64,000 bases of DNA from contig NC_043011.1 in assembly GCF_006345805.1 (NCBI RefSeq), positions 186,001 to 250,000 of the forward strand, given 5' to 3'. The stretch's first letter is position 1, and the number at the start of each line of letters is the position of its first letter. This DNA comes from Octopus sinensis. Taxonomy: Eukaryota. Below, one piece after another: positions 53,331 through 64,000 of the stretch. The notes beneath the pieces are model-generated. The model did not search any database. It saw only the letters and a program-made list of their open reading frames with translations, and had not been told where the DNA came from. Both the position numbers and the translations under genes were made by a program.

Positions 53331-53896
53331 TTGGGTTGTCCGGAAAGTTCGTGCCGATTTATAGTAGCTTACCTTTCGACCTATTTTAGAACGTGGTTGA
53401 GTCCATAAAATAGAATTTGACTACAGCTACATTTAGAGCACAGTTTAAGCTATCTTTTCGTGGAAGAAGGTTTATGTTCCTATAACCTGTGTTTATTCTG
53501 TAACCCTTTAAAATGGAAGATAAGAAAGTTCATTCTCGGCACTTGATGCTTTGGGAACCAGACAAAAATTGCTGCAGCTCGGCTGGGATGTGTTACCCCA
53601 CCCTCCATATTCACCAGATATTGCTCCTTCGGATTTCCACTAATTCAGGTCTCTGCAGAATAGTCTTAATGGTAAAAATTTCAATTCCTTGGATGATGTA
53701 AAAAGATATCTTGATGAATTCTTTGCCATGAAACCACCTCAATTCTGGGAAGAGGGTATTTTCAAGTTAAAGGAAAGATGGAGACGCATAGTGCAACAAA
53801 ATGGTTCATATTTGGTTGATTAAAAATGTAATGGCAATTATTTATTGATCTTTTTCTTTCCTTTAAAAATCGGCACGAACTTTCCAGACAACCCAA
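53331..53896 (+). mobile_element. Internally deleted mariner (mellifera-like) with intact TIRs and TA duplication
   Basis: TA-ttgggttgtccggaaagttcgtgccgattt ... aaatcggcacgaactttccagacaacccaa-TA; MEDKKVHSRHLML fused to LLQLGWDVLPHPPYSPDIAPSDFH...RWRRIVQQNGSYLVD. Confidence 0.93.
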
Positions 53897-54508
53897 TATA
53901 TATTTAGAAGGACAGAAAGATTGAAATACATCAAAATCCAGAAAGAAAAATGAAACGCAATATATAAATATGACAGAAAAACATAAGAGCAATCTATAGA
54001 GATACACAGAGAAAAAGATAGAAATATTTATAGAAATCGATATTGAAATATATAGAAGCATATAGAACGATATAGAAACATATAGAAACATATATAGAAA
54101 TCTAAATTGAAATATACAGAAACATGTATTAATATAAATACGTAGAAGATATAACAGGATATAAAAAGGAAAGCAACAAAATCTTGACACAAAAGAACAA
54201 AATCTTAGCATAAAGTCACAGAAACAGACGTATATTGATATATACTAACATAAACATATATTCATATAACAGAATCGTAACATAAACATATAAAAATGCG
54301 AAAAACACTTCATAAACAAAATCTAAAAAGGGAAAAAAAACATGGCGAATGGAAGAATGAACAATTAGAAAGATACTACATTCATACAAACATCCATACA
54401 AACATATATACGTATGTACATACATTATATATATGATCATATATACATATATATATATGATCATATATACATATATGTATATATGCATATATATATATAT
54501 GTATGATT

Positions 54509-54551
<43 letters not shown>

Positions 54552-55519
54552 AACATGTAGTTATTCCTGTTGTAAACATCGTTAACAGCTCCAAGAGTTA
54601 AACGTTTCTGTCCGAATATCAGATACCACGAGTAAAGGGCTGACTGCTTGGTAACGCCCTGTATCCTCTCTTTCTTACCCGCTCTCTCTCTCTCTCTCTC
54701 TCTCTCGTCCCACCTCCTCATCTCCCATTCTCTCTCTTTTAGCTTTACTCATGAAGACTAACCAAGGAAAAGGTTTGTTAATCACCATATCCTAGCATCA
54801 TTAAAACTTTCAAACACGAATCTCAGTAATACAGGACACCATTTTGTTCTCAGCTGCTTCTTGCTTTTTATGTTTCTGAAACGAATCATCACGTACGGGT
54901 GGTGGTGGTGGTGGTGGTGGTGATATCGGGGTACTTCAGCTGACACCCTTTACGTTAAAGGGGTATTATAACTCTGCTATAATAATGACTCCATCGGAAC
55001 GCAGGTATAGAATATTAGAGGAGGGATGTTGTGATGGAATTTAAACGAGGGTAGAACATTACATGCATTTATTTTATCGATCTGTGGTGTATGAAATATG
55101 AAACTCTCATCGACAGGTTTTGAGCTGAGAACGCATGGAAGTGCCGCAGCAGAGGTAGTTCGGTGCTCTGCCAATTCTTACACCAAAACAACAACAACAA
55201 CAATAGCAGCAACGTGATAGCTTTAATCCCCATCAAGTCTACCTCTCTGGTCATTATACTAAATAATGGTTATAACGCATGGAGAAGAATTCTATGTGGT
55301 CGCTCATTCTTCTAGAAACAATAGGGAAATATCCTTCAAATCAAATCCGGCCGTTTTTAATAGGATACGTTGAATAAAATGGTCCTGGCCTGCTTGATCG
55401 TTGGCAACAGATTGGATGGTTATAAATGGATTGTCTTTGGTCATAGGACTGCTTAAGCAGAGTTGCTCTGTGACAAAGTAACAACTTTAGCAACAACAAT
55501 CAAAACAATAACAACGATA

Positions 55520-55905
55520 GTAACAATCCTTTCTCCCCCTAGGTCCAAGGTTTGAAATTCGTGGAGAAGGGGATGATCTATTACATGGACCCCAGTGTAC
55601 AACTGGTACCTATTTTTACCGACTCCGAAACGAAAAGGGGACTTCCTCGGAATTTGAACTCAGAACGTAAAGGCAGACGAAATACCTATTTCTTTACTAC
55701 CCACAAGGGGCTAAACATAGAGTGGACAAACAAGGATAGACATGGGTATTAAGTCGATTACATCGACCCCAGTGCGTAACTGGTACTTAATTTATCGACC
55801 CCCGAAATAATGAAAGGTAAAGTCGACCTCGGCGGAATTTGAACTCAGGACGCAACGGCAGACGAAATACCGCTAAGTATTCCGCCCAGCACGCTAACCA
55901 TTCTG
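55520..55905 (-). mobile_element. Family 2 SINE, near full length
   Basis: Reverse complement of 37945-38330. Confidence 0.85.
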
Positions 55906-56442
55906 CTAACAGAAGTAGCAACAGCAACAGGCAAGAAAGACAAAGAGGATATGAGACTTTATGAAAATGTCTAAGCAAACTCTACCAAATTTCAATCAAA
56001 AATTAAAAAGAAGGATAAAATTTATGCAATACAGTTCAGAAGAGAAAAACGAAACAAATTAGCAGTGGGAGGGGGGAGGGGGAGAAAGGATAAGACCAAA
56101 TGAAGAGGAAACAGTTTGCAAGCATTTGGATTAAAAGGTCATTAGAATCTGCTGCGTGAAATAGAAATATTTTTTATTGTTTGGTGTATACTGACCACTG
56201 GTCAGTTTATATTTTCAAAAAGGTGAAGAAGAATCTTATTTTAGAAACAGATTTATGTGGAATGCAATGGACGATCAGTCGTACATTTAGGACTAAAGAT
56301 CTATAAAAGATGTGTTGAGGCATAATATTGTTAACGGTGAGATGAGAGGGTTTGTGGTGGGTGTGTGAGCTTGGGGTTCTAAATAAATCAGGTTATTTTA
56401 AGGGTGGTGGGTCACTATCAAATGATATTATTGTCTATGTAT

Positions 56443-56790
56443 CTTTTATCTTTTACTTGTTTCAGCCATGCTGGGGCAGCGCCTTGAATAATTTTTAGTC
56501 AAATCAATTGACCCCAGGACTTTTTTAAAATCTGGTATTTATTCTCTCGGTCACTTTTGCCGAACCGCTAAGTTGCGGGTACATAAATACACCAACATCG
56601 GTGGGATGAGGGGACAAACACATACACCATAGACATAGATACACACACACATACGATAAGCATATTTTAGTTTACGTCAACCAGATCCGAGATAGTAGGT
56701 GACACTTGCCCGAGCTAGCAGACAGTGGGACTGAACCCAGGACTATGTGGCTGGGAAGCAAGCTTCTTACCACACAGCCACGCCTGCACC
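56443..56790 (-). mobile_element. Family 1 SINE, degenerate full length
   Basis: Tail, body and head match 25380-25765. Confidence 0.8.
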
Positions 56791-56857
56791 TATATGATTA
56801 GTTCATAAATATAATTTACATAATTAGTTCTAGTGGTGTAGATTCGCAAGAAGATAG

Positions 56858-56918
<61 letters not shown>

Positions 56919-57207
56919 ATGATGATGATGATGAATGGTGTGATGTTATGAAAGCAAAAACACCACAAGCGACAAGAAGATTATCCTCATCAACAGCAAC
57001 AGAAACAGTAACAATGCGAGCAGCAGAATTTGGACCTGGAGATCTCCATTTCCAGCGACATCGAGGGCCACTTCCCAGTGGTGTCGGGCGTCAACGAAGA
57101 GCCCTCGACTACAAGACGACCAAAGTCTTTTTTTTTGCCAAGGTCTGGGGTCTCCCGCCCCTAAGCCCTATACCATCACCTACTTACCCGTACTCGTCTC
57201 ATTGCTT

Positions 57208-57238
<31 letters not shown>

Positions 57239-57456
57239 GCAGTGACAAAGAAAGCAAGAACAACAACAACAACAACAACGGCGGCAGCAACAACATCAGC
57301 ACCAGCAATATTAATAGCAATTATGACTGAAAAGGAACAATAACATCAACAACAACAAAAAATCAAAATCCTCGAATGTAACATAAACCCCACCCCCCAA
57401 ATAAAAAAAATCAAGGCGGCAACATCATCATCATCATCGTCAACATCAACAGCAAA

Positions 57457-57510
<54 letters not shown>

Positions 57511-58269
57511 GTGTCTTGAAGACGATAACGAAGCTCTTTAAAAGCATTGACACTGATTTCGGATTTCAGCACATTTGACAGAATTGAATGTAAACAAACG
57601 GTCGTTTATGTATCGTCCGTGCTGTTTTTAGTAGGGAGATACACACACACACACACACAGACGCACACACACGCACACACACAAACACACACACACTAAC
57701 ACACACTCGCGCGCGCACATATATGTATATTTGTATATGTACGTGTGTGTTTGTAATGGAGATGTATGTGTGTGATGCGTGATGTGCGTGAGAGCAGTAT
57801 GATGTGTGATGTGTGTGTGTGTGTGTGATGTGTGATGTGTGTGTGTGTGTGAGTATGTGTTTGATAATTGATGTGAGCCTGTGTGTGTGTGAGGGGCGTG
57901 TGGTGTCAGTTACAAAATGACGAAGGTGTAAAGATATCCTACGTCAGAGAAGAGACATTACTTCACCAAGACACACTCCACTAGTGTTTCATTAGACTCT
58001 GCTTAATACTTTCAATTGTTGTTGCCTTTACGACACCTTCTCTCTGTCAATATGTCTGTCTGTTTGTCTCTCAAGCGGATTCTCTTTCTCTCCCCTTTGA
58101 AAACATACTCTTAGGCACACACACAGGCACACACACACGCGCGCACACACATAAATACACGTATAACGAGGCATTAAACACACGCTATTACACACAACGA
58201 GGCAATAAAACGGAGCCGATACCAAGAAAGAAAAACTTAGCAACACCATTCGGCCATTGTTCTAATAAA

Positions 58270-58490
58270 TAAGAGGAAAAGAAATGTATGATATAATCCA
58301 CCATTCGACATTGTGATGAAAAAGGAAATAATGTTACAAGATGTCTCCTCTTGCTGATCAGAAAGCATTTCCCGAATTGCCACAAATTGCACAAACTGTT
58401 CGACAAAAGTAATTTTAAGGTAAGCTACAGCTCCACGAAAAAATAGGTTTGATGACATTAAGAGTCACAATACAAACATTTTGTAGCCAA
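58270..58490 (+). mobile_element. PLE linker remnant
   Basis: YNPPFD...LIRKHFPNCHKLHKLFDKSNFKVSYS...IKSHNTNIL matches the PLE WFNPP...KHFP..HKLHKIFNRNTVKVSYS motif. Confidence 0.8.
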
Positions 58491-58599
58491 AAATATTTCG
58501 AGGACACCCAGCATGTACTCTATACGATAAGCCATTTTATGTCAAAGTGCATGGAGTGTTTCTCTAACAAACAAGGTATAACCATCTGCTCTTCCACTG

Positions 58600-59450
58600 A
58601 TTGCTTTGCTGTCATGTTGTGACATGGTACAGATCAACAATGGCAGTTAGTTTGACATAGAAAACTTCGAAAGAGTTAAATAGTGTAACATAGAAGAGTC
58701 TGCTAAGATAGCGTGACATAAAGCTCAGGGAATTTAGTTACAATGGCATCGAAGAGTTGGATAAGAGAGTTTCATATGGTTCACATAAGAGAAGTTGATA
58801 AAGTCAGTCTTAAATTATCAGGATTCCAAATTTGTCTCCCTTGTCTTTCTTGGCAATAATTAATCATCAAAGTTCATATTTTATAAGTTATCTCGTTTTC
58901 ACTGATATGCAGGGAGCCTGGGGAGACACTCTCAATAACGCCCGAGATTCGAGATTGATTTAGTAGCGTTCTGGGAAGACAGTGGGATGTTTTGGGACAT
59001 AATATTCAAGGGTGACGTTGAAGAATCTTTGGGGGATAGCTATACATTTAATAGTATGGGCAGTCATGGTTGGTTTGCTGAGGGAATAAACGATGCACTT
59101 GGCACATCTTAGCGAGCTTTGATTTTTAATATTTTTGGCTCCGTGTATAAATAGTTTGTAAGAAACAGTTGAGGCGCTTCTGTGTTCTTCACTGATTTTA
59201 AGGGGCCTGGATAGACTGGGCGATGGGTCTCATACAAGAAGTAGGAATAGCTTTTGGAATGACAAAGGAGGGGAGCTGGTGGTAGAAGATGAACATATAT
59301 GGTTATAATTATTAAGTTTTATAAAGGACGAGTTGCTTACAAGCTTCCGAAATTTCTAGATTATTGTCCAGATGTTTGGTAAGTTAAACAAGTTTACCAA
59401 CGGCTACAACAGGTACGGGCAAGAATTTGCAATAAAGGTAAAGCAATTGG
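58600..59450 (-). mobile_element. Possible very old LINE RT remnant
   Basis: Only VIPKAIPTSCMRPIAQ (cf. IPK...YRPISL) is recognisable; many stops. Confidence 0.25.
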
Positions 59451-59568
59451 CCAGGAAGCTGTTTTTTATCGGTGACAATTTTATCTCAACGGTGGCTAAC
59501 TACTATATGACATTATGCGTACGTGTATGTGTGTGTAGTGTGCGCGCGTGTGTATCTGTCTGTCTATC

Positions 59569-60625
59569 GCGAGTGTCGCGTTGCTCTCAAGCAACTATGC
59601 CGTCCCGGGTCGACCTTGAGCAACTTCAACACAACCCAAGCATTCTATAGGGGATTAGTGGAGGGGAGGTACGACGACGAGCTCGTAGCGAACCTGGACG
59701 TCGACGAGGAATACCTGACCCGCCTTTTTGAGTCGACTTTCGAGCCGGGACCTATGGACAACTTCCAGAGATCCCTGGCCTGGCAGTGCTACCGAGAAGC
59801 GCTACCCGTTCGGGATAAGCTCTACAGACACGGCTCGAGAAACACGGGGCCGACCTGCCCGAGATACGGTCAGAGCGACGAAACCGTTCTGCATGCAGTC
59901 GTGCAGTGTCTAACAATTTCCGGCCTGAGGGCTTATATCGAACGACTGCTGTCACGTGTGGGAAGAGTCGGTTTATCAGCCGAGTCTATCGACAATATTG
60001 TCACGCCTCCTTCCTTCAAACGGGAAGGAAGAGCTATTTTCATCATCCTTGTGGCTATGGCGAAAGAATGTATCTGGTGGACGCGTCTGAAAGGATTGGA
60101 GACAAACACTTTCCTCTCTGGTCAATCTCTCATCAACTTTTTCAAGTACCACTTGAAAAGGAAAGTGAGAGTAGAGAGGCAAGTTTTGTCTAGCGAATGT
60201 TTCAAAAAAAGATGGGTGAATGTAGCAAGGATGGCACGTATGAATGACGAAGCCACCTTAAGCATAATCCTATGAACCCGGAATTTTAAAACAGAGGGTT
60301 ACCTACTTGCAAACAAATGTAGTAACATGTCGCAATATTGACTGAGGATACCGTGGTCTTTTCCGTAGGCTTTTCTTCCCACGGATAAACCTTATCTGCT
60401 TCCCCCTTTACACTTTACATCATAACACTGTGATACACGATCCCTATTGATCGTTTTGCTTCTTTTGATTCTTTTCCTTTTTTTCCCTTTTTGTTTCTTC
60501 TCTCCCTTTTACGATCCCTTTTGATCGAAAACCTACCCCACCTTTTTTTAACCCCAAAAAAGAAAAGCTCTACTTTGTAATCTGTCCCGTCTGTGTGCAG
60601 CCCTGTGTGGCTAATAAAGAAACAT
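59569..60625 (+). mobile_element. L1/Tx1-like LINE, 5'-truncated: ~235 intact ORF2 C-terminal codons (zf-RVT) and 3' UTR
   Basis: ORF 59523-60275: DNFQRSLAWQCYREALPVRDKL...CPRYGQSDETVLHAVVQC...LKRKVRVERQ...RWVNVARM; (TATC/TGTC)n on both sides. Confidence 0.92.
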
Positions 60626-60888
60626 ATCAATCTGTTTATCTGTCTGTCTTTCTGTCTAGCTATTTGTCTGTCTGTCTGTCTGGTTATCTATCTAGCTATC
60701 TGTCTGTCTGTCTGTATGTCTGTCTGTCTATCTATCTATCCATCTCCATCTATCTATCTGTGTGTTTCTGCCTGTATATATTTTATATATCTGTAAAATA
60801 CCAAACATTCGATGCTTCAAAAGTTTGTGTATATATATATATATGCTTGTATGTGTGTATATATATATATTTACATACATACATGTAC

Positions 60889-60928
<40 letters not shown>

Positions 60929-60964
60929 TTACATACATACATACACACATACATATATATACAT

Positions 60965-60998
<34 letters not shown>

Positions 60999-61614
60999 CC
61001 TTCATTGTATCCTCTTCCCAGACTGTTTAACCACTCCCACTCTCATTCTCTCTTACTCCGTAACTATTTACCTTCTCTGATTCTACCACCAGCACCAGCA
61101 GCAGCATCACCACCAGCATCACCACCAACATCACTACCACCACCACCACCACCACCACCATCTCCAGTACTACAACCTCTGTACCTTTTTAACCCTCTTA
61201 TCCCCTCCCTTAATCCTCACACATTTTAGCTGTCAATTGACTCGCTGTAATCCCCTCCTCCCCCTCCACTCCATCTTGACCCCTATCCTTGCTGAAGCTG
61301 TAGCTCTGCCTTAGCCCGAGGTGTGAAACGCAAACACAGCACAAGCTACCATTATATTTACTGAGGGGCGTTTCTCTTTGCATAGGATACAAGTCGTACC
61401 AATTCTATTGAAGAAACAGGAACGTTTAAGTAAAAAAAAGAAAAACCCACCAATGACTGTCGTATCTTGCAACAAACCACTTGGGTACTTAAACGCACAG
61501 CTATCATATCACAAGGCCACAAGAAGGGGACGTTTGTAATATACATACATACATTCATACATGCACACATACATACCTACGTATGTACTTACGAAGGTTT
61601 GTATGTATGTACGT

Positions 61615-61780
61615 ACGTTCTGAGTTCAAATTCTGCCGAGGTCGACTTTGCCTTTCATCCTTTCGGGGTCGATTAAATAAGTACCAGTTACGCACTGGGG
61701 TCGATATAATCGACTTAATCCCTTTGTCTGTCCTTGTTTGTCCACTCTATGTTTAGCCCCTTGTGGGCAATAAAGAAATA
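61615..61780 (+). mobile_element. Family 2 SINE fragment
   Basis: Near-identical to 38000-38160. Confidence 0.85.
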
Positions 61781-61816
<36 letters not shown>

Positions 61817-62289
61817 TGTATGTATGTATGTATGTATGTATGCATGCATGTATGTATTTATGTATGTATGTATGTATGTATGTATGTATGAATGTATGAA
61901 TGTATGTATGTATGTATGTATGTATGAATGTATGTATGTATATATGTATGTATGTATGAATGTATGTATGTATGTATGTATTGTATGTATGTGTGGGCTT
62001 AAAAATACCAACTGACACAAACCTTAGCATTTACTTTTTAGACATTAACCTAGATTTAGGATCAGATAGTTTTAAGCCCTTTAGCATACTTAATGAATGA
62101 CTATTCTATATTGATAAAGTGTCTGATCATCCATCCGTTATTCTTAGGAATATGGTAAAGAATATAGGAAAGCGCATTTTATAATTGTTATCATTGTCGC
62201 GATGCCTTTCCGTATTATTATAATGATTTGCTTAATACTGGGTTCTCAGAGAAAACCTACTCTATTGATAACGGGAGTAACCATTGTAG

Positions 62290-62730
62290 AGCGTGTAGAA
62301 CTAGAACTAGAAAAGCTTTGTGGCATAATCCTACATGTGATATTACCGTTAGAACCAATGTAGGTAGAGCATTTTTAAATCCTTCCCAATCGGTCATAAA
62401 TATCATAGCATTTTCAATAGAAGAACGTTAAATGTTAGCTATTCTTGATGCAAACCTTCGCCTCATTTATCAATCAACAGAATGCAACCATTCTTAACAA
62501 AACTAACGAGACTATATTTGCATAGGAATTCCTTAAGTATACAGAAAACAGGTCTGCAACGAGCTTGGTCAAATACATATGGCAGTTAAAAGAAGCAGGA
62601 ACTTCCTCATTTAAATTTCGTGGCTCGTTTTGGAGAAGGCTACCCCATGCAATCACGGATCATATAGAAACTGAAGGAGATGTCCATTATGTCGGGATAA
62701 ACATGCATTAAACCGCAAAATATGCTTCGA
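62290..62730 (+). mobile_element. PLE linker and GIY-YIG C-terminal remnant
   Basis: WHNPTCDITVRTNVGRAFL...HKYHSIFNRRTLNVSYS and HRNSLKYTENRSATSLVKYIWQLKE, frameshifted. Confidence 0.8.
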
Positions 62731-63215
62731 GGTAGCGTATGTGCTGCCAGATGAATCCCTATGGATCACCTCTTTCGAAGTTGTTATATATTCCTATTTT
62801 TATCCCGTACTATCCCACTTTTAAAAAAAGCCATCCTCTTTTATTATAAACGATTTCACTCTTTGATTGTTTGAAACGTTTCTTTGTTTTTTTTTTCTTT
62901 TTGTCGCTCTATACAACGTTTCACTCGAGTTGGCTTTTTCCCACCAAACTTAGACGCTTACAATTAAAATGTCCAGAATGAAGTTTTAATAGTATTTTAA
63001 TATCATTGCGTATTTCTGAAGGCCTCGCAATTTCTACTCATTTTCCTCCCATTTTACATTGCTTTATTTCACTTTGTCTTGCACGCTATAGCTAGGACAT
63101 TTTATATATATAATATATATATATATATAGGGAGAGTTTACGAAAAAGAAAAGACGAGGACAGGTGGTGTACAAAACAAACAGATGTATTAGTATAACGC
63201 TCAGGAATAGAAAAA

Positions 63216-63257
63216 GTCTTTTACGTTTCGAGCCTACGCTCTTCTACAGAAAAGGAC
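63216..63257 (-). ncRNA. Minimal hammerhead-like motif with variant core CUGUAGA
   Basis: gtcctttt-CTGTAGA-a-gagc-gtag-gctc-GAAA-CGT-A-aaagac; palindromic ACGT stem III. Confidence 0.55.
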
Positions 63258-63313
63258 ACGGAAAAAAAACAAGTAGAGAAAATATTGTGGGTAGTGGCAA
63301 ACGATCTATCATG

Positions 63314-63345
<32 letters not shown>

Positions 63346-63409
63346 CATAAAATTAACAGAATGAGAAAAAATCCAAGGCTGTAAATGATTTAAGAACATT
63401 TATAAAGAG

Positions 63410-63457
63410 GTCTTACAGCTGTTTCCGGGATACTTTATATATCCCTTCATCGGAGAC
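63410..63457 (-). ncRNA. Minimal hammerhead motif, same family as 27189-27236, core CCGAUGA
   Basis: gtct-CCGATGA-a-gggata-tataaag-tatccc-g-GAAA-CagctGT-A-agac; stems conserved, loop II diverged. Confidence 0.75.
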
Positions 63458-63664
63458 GGTGTGAGAAAATGGTTAAGCAATAGTTATTCTAGAGAAGATA
63501 TGAAATATATATATATATATATTATAATAATATTAGGAAATTATACATGTAAACCTTTCCAGTACACGTAAACAATTTCAATTATTTTACTATTTACAAC
63601 TTTTAATCCATCCATATTACTTTCGTTTATCGTTGCATACAACTTGCTTCCCTCCGATTTTTCT

Positions 63665-63818
63665 TGCTTGATGTGTGGTAAGTAGCTTGCTTACCAACCA
63701 CTGGTTCCGGGTTCAGTCCCACTGCGTGGCACCTTGGGCAAGTGTCCTCTACTATAGCCTCTGGGCGACCAAAGCCTTGTGAGTGGATTTGATAGACAAA
63801 AACTGAAAGAAGTCCACC

Positions 63819-63870
<52 letters not shown>

Positions 63871-64000
63871 ATGTGTGTGTGTGTGTGTGTGTATGTGTGT
63901 ATGCTTGGGTGTATGTGTTTGTTCCCCCCCAAATCGCCTGGCAACGGATGGTGGTGTGTTTACGTCCCCGTAACTTAGTGATTCGGCAAAAGAGACCGAT
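63665..64000 (+). mobile_element. Family 1 SINE running off the right edge
   Basis: gtgtggtaagtagcttgcttaccaacca...ggttccgggttcagtcccactgcgtggcaccttgggcaag head, internal TA/TG tract, body start. Confidence 0.88.

Noticed and set aside
55182-55233. Signal-peptide-like first exon (MGIKAITLLLLLLLLFW followed by GTAAGA) on the minus strand
   Set aside because: The hydrophobic run is a (CAA)n microsatellite and no downstream exon could be linked.
58380-58425. Strong plus-strand donor TTAAG|GTAAGC
   Set aside because: It falls inside the PLE FKVSYS motif, so it is TE sequence.

Overview
This is AT-rich, microsatellite-saturated animal genomic DNA, most likely octopus (inferred from the tRNA-derived SINE families, not confirmed by a search). 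It behaves as a gene desert or large intron: I cannot support any host protein-coding exon, and nearly all long ORFs in the supplied track are translations of simple repeats. There is a 100-N gap at 10596-10695. The recognisable content is transposon-derived. (1) Penelope-like elements (PLEs): an uninterrupted linker plus GIY-YIG reading frame at 3-650 (minus strand, missed by the ORF track) whose 5' junction carries (TTAGGG)3, three decayed PLE fragments, and five minimal hammerhead-ribozyme motifs with two inverted pseudo-LTR hairpins. (2) At least four families of R4/Dong-like restriction-endonuclease LINEs, stacked co-directionally in (TAA)n arrays at 12.7-18.4 kb, with one more copy at 40.6-41.1 kb. 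(3) A ~550-bp non-coding retroposon present three times, always in (TAA)n. (4) Seven L1/Tx1-like fragments whose subfamilies sit in either (ATT)n or (TATC/TGTC)n tracts. (5) A CR1-like LINE end, three Tc1/mariner remnants and many SINEs. No clearly new protein system is evident. The most interesting signals are the telomeric-repeat-capped PLE, the hammerhead variants, and the apparent partitioning of microsatellite types among retroelement families.
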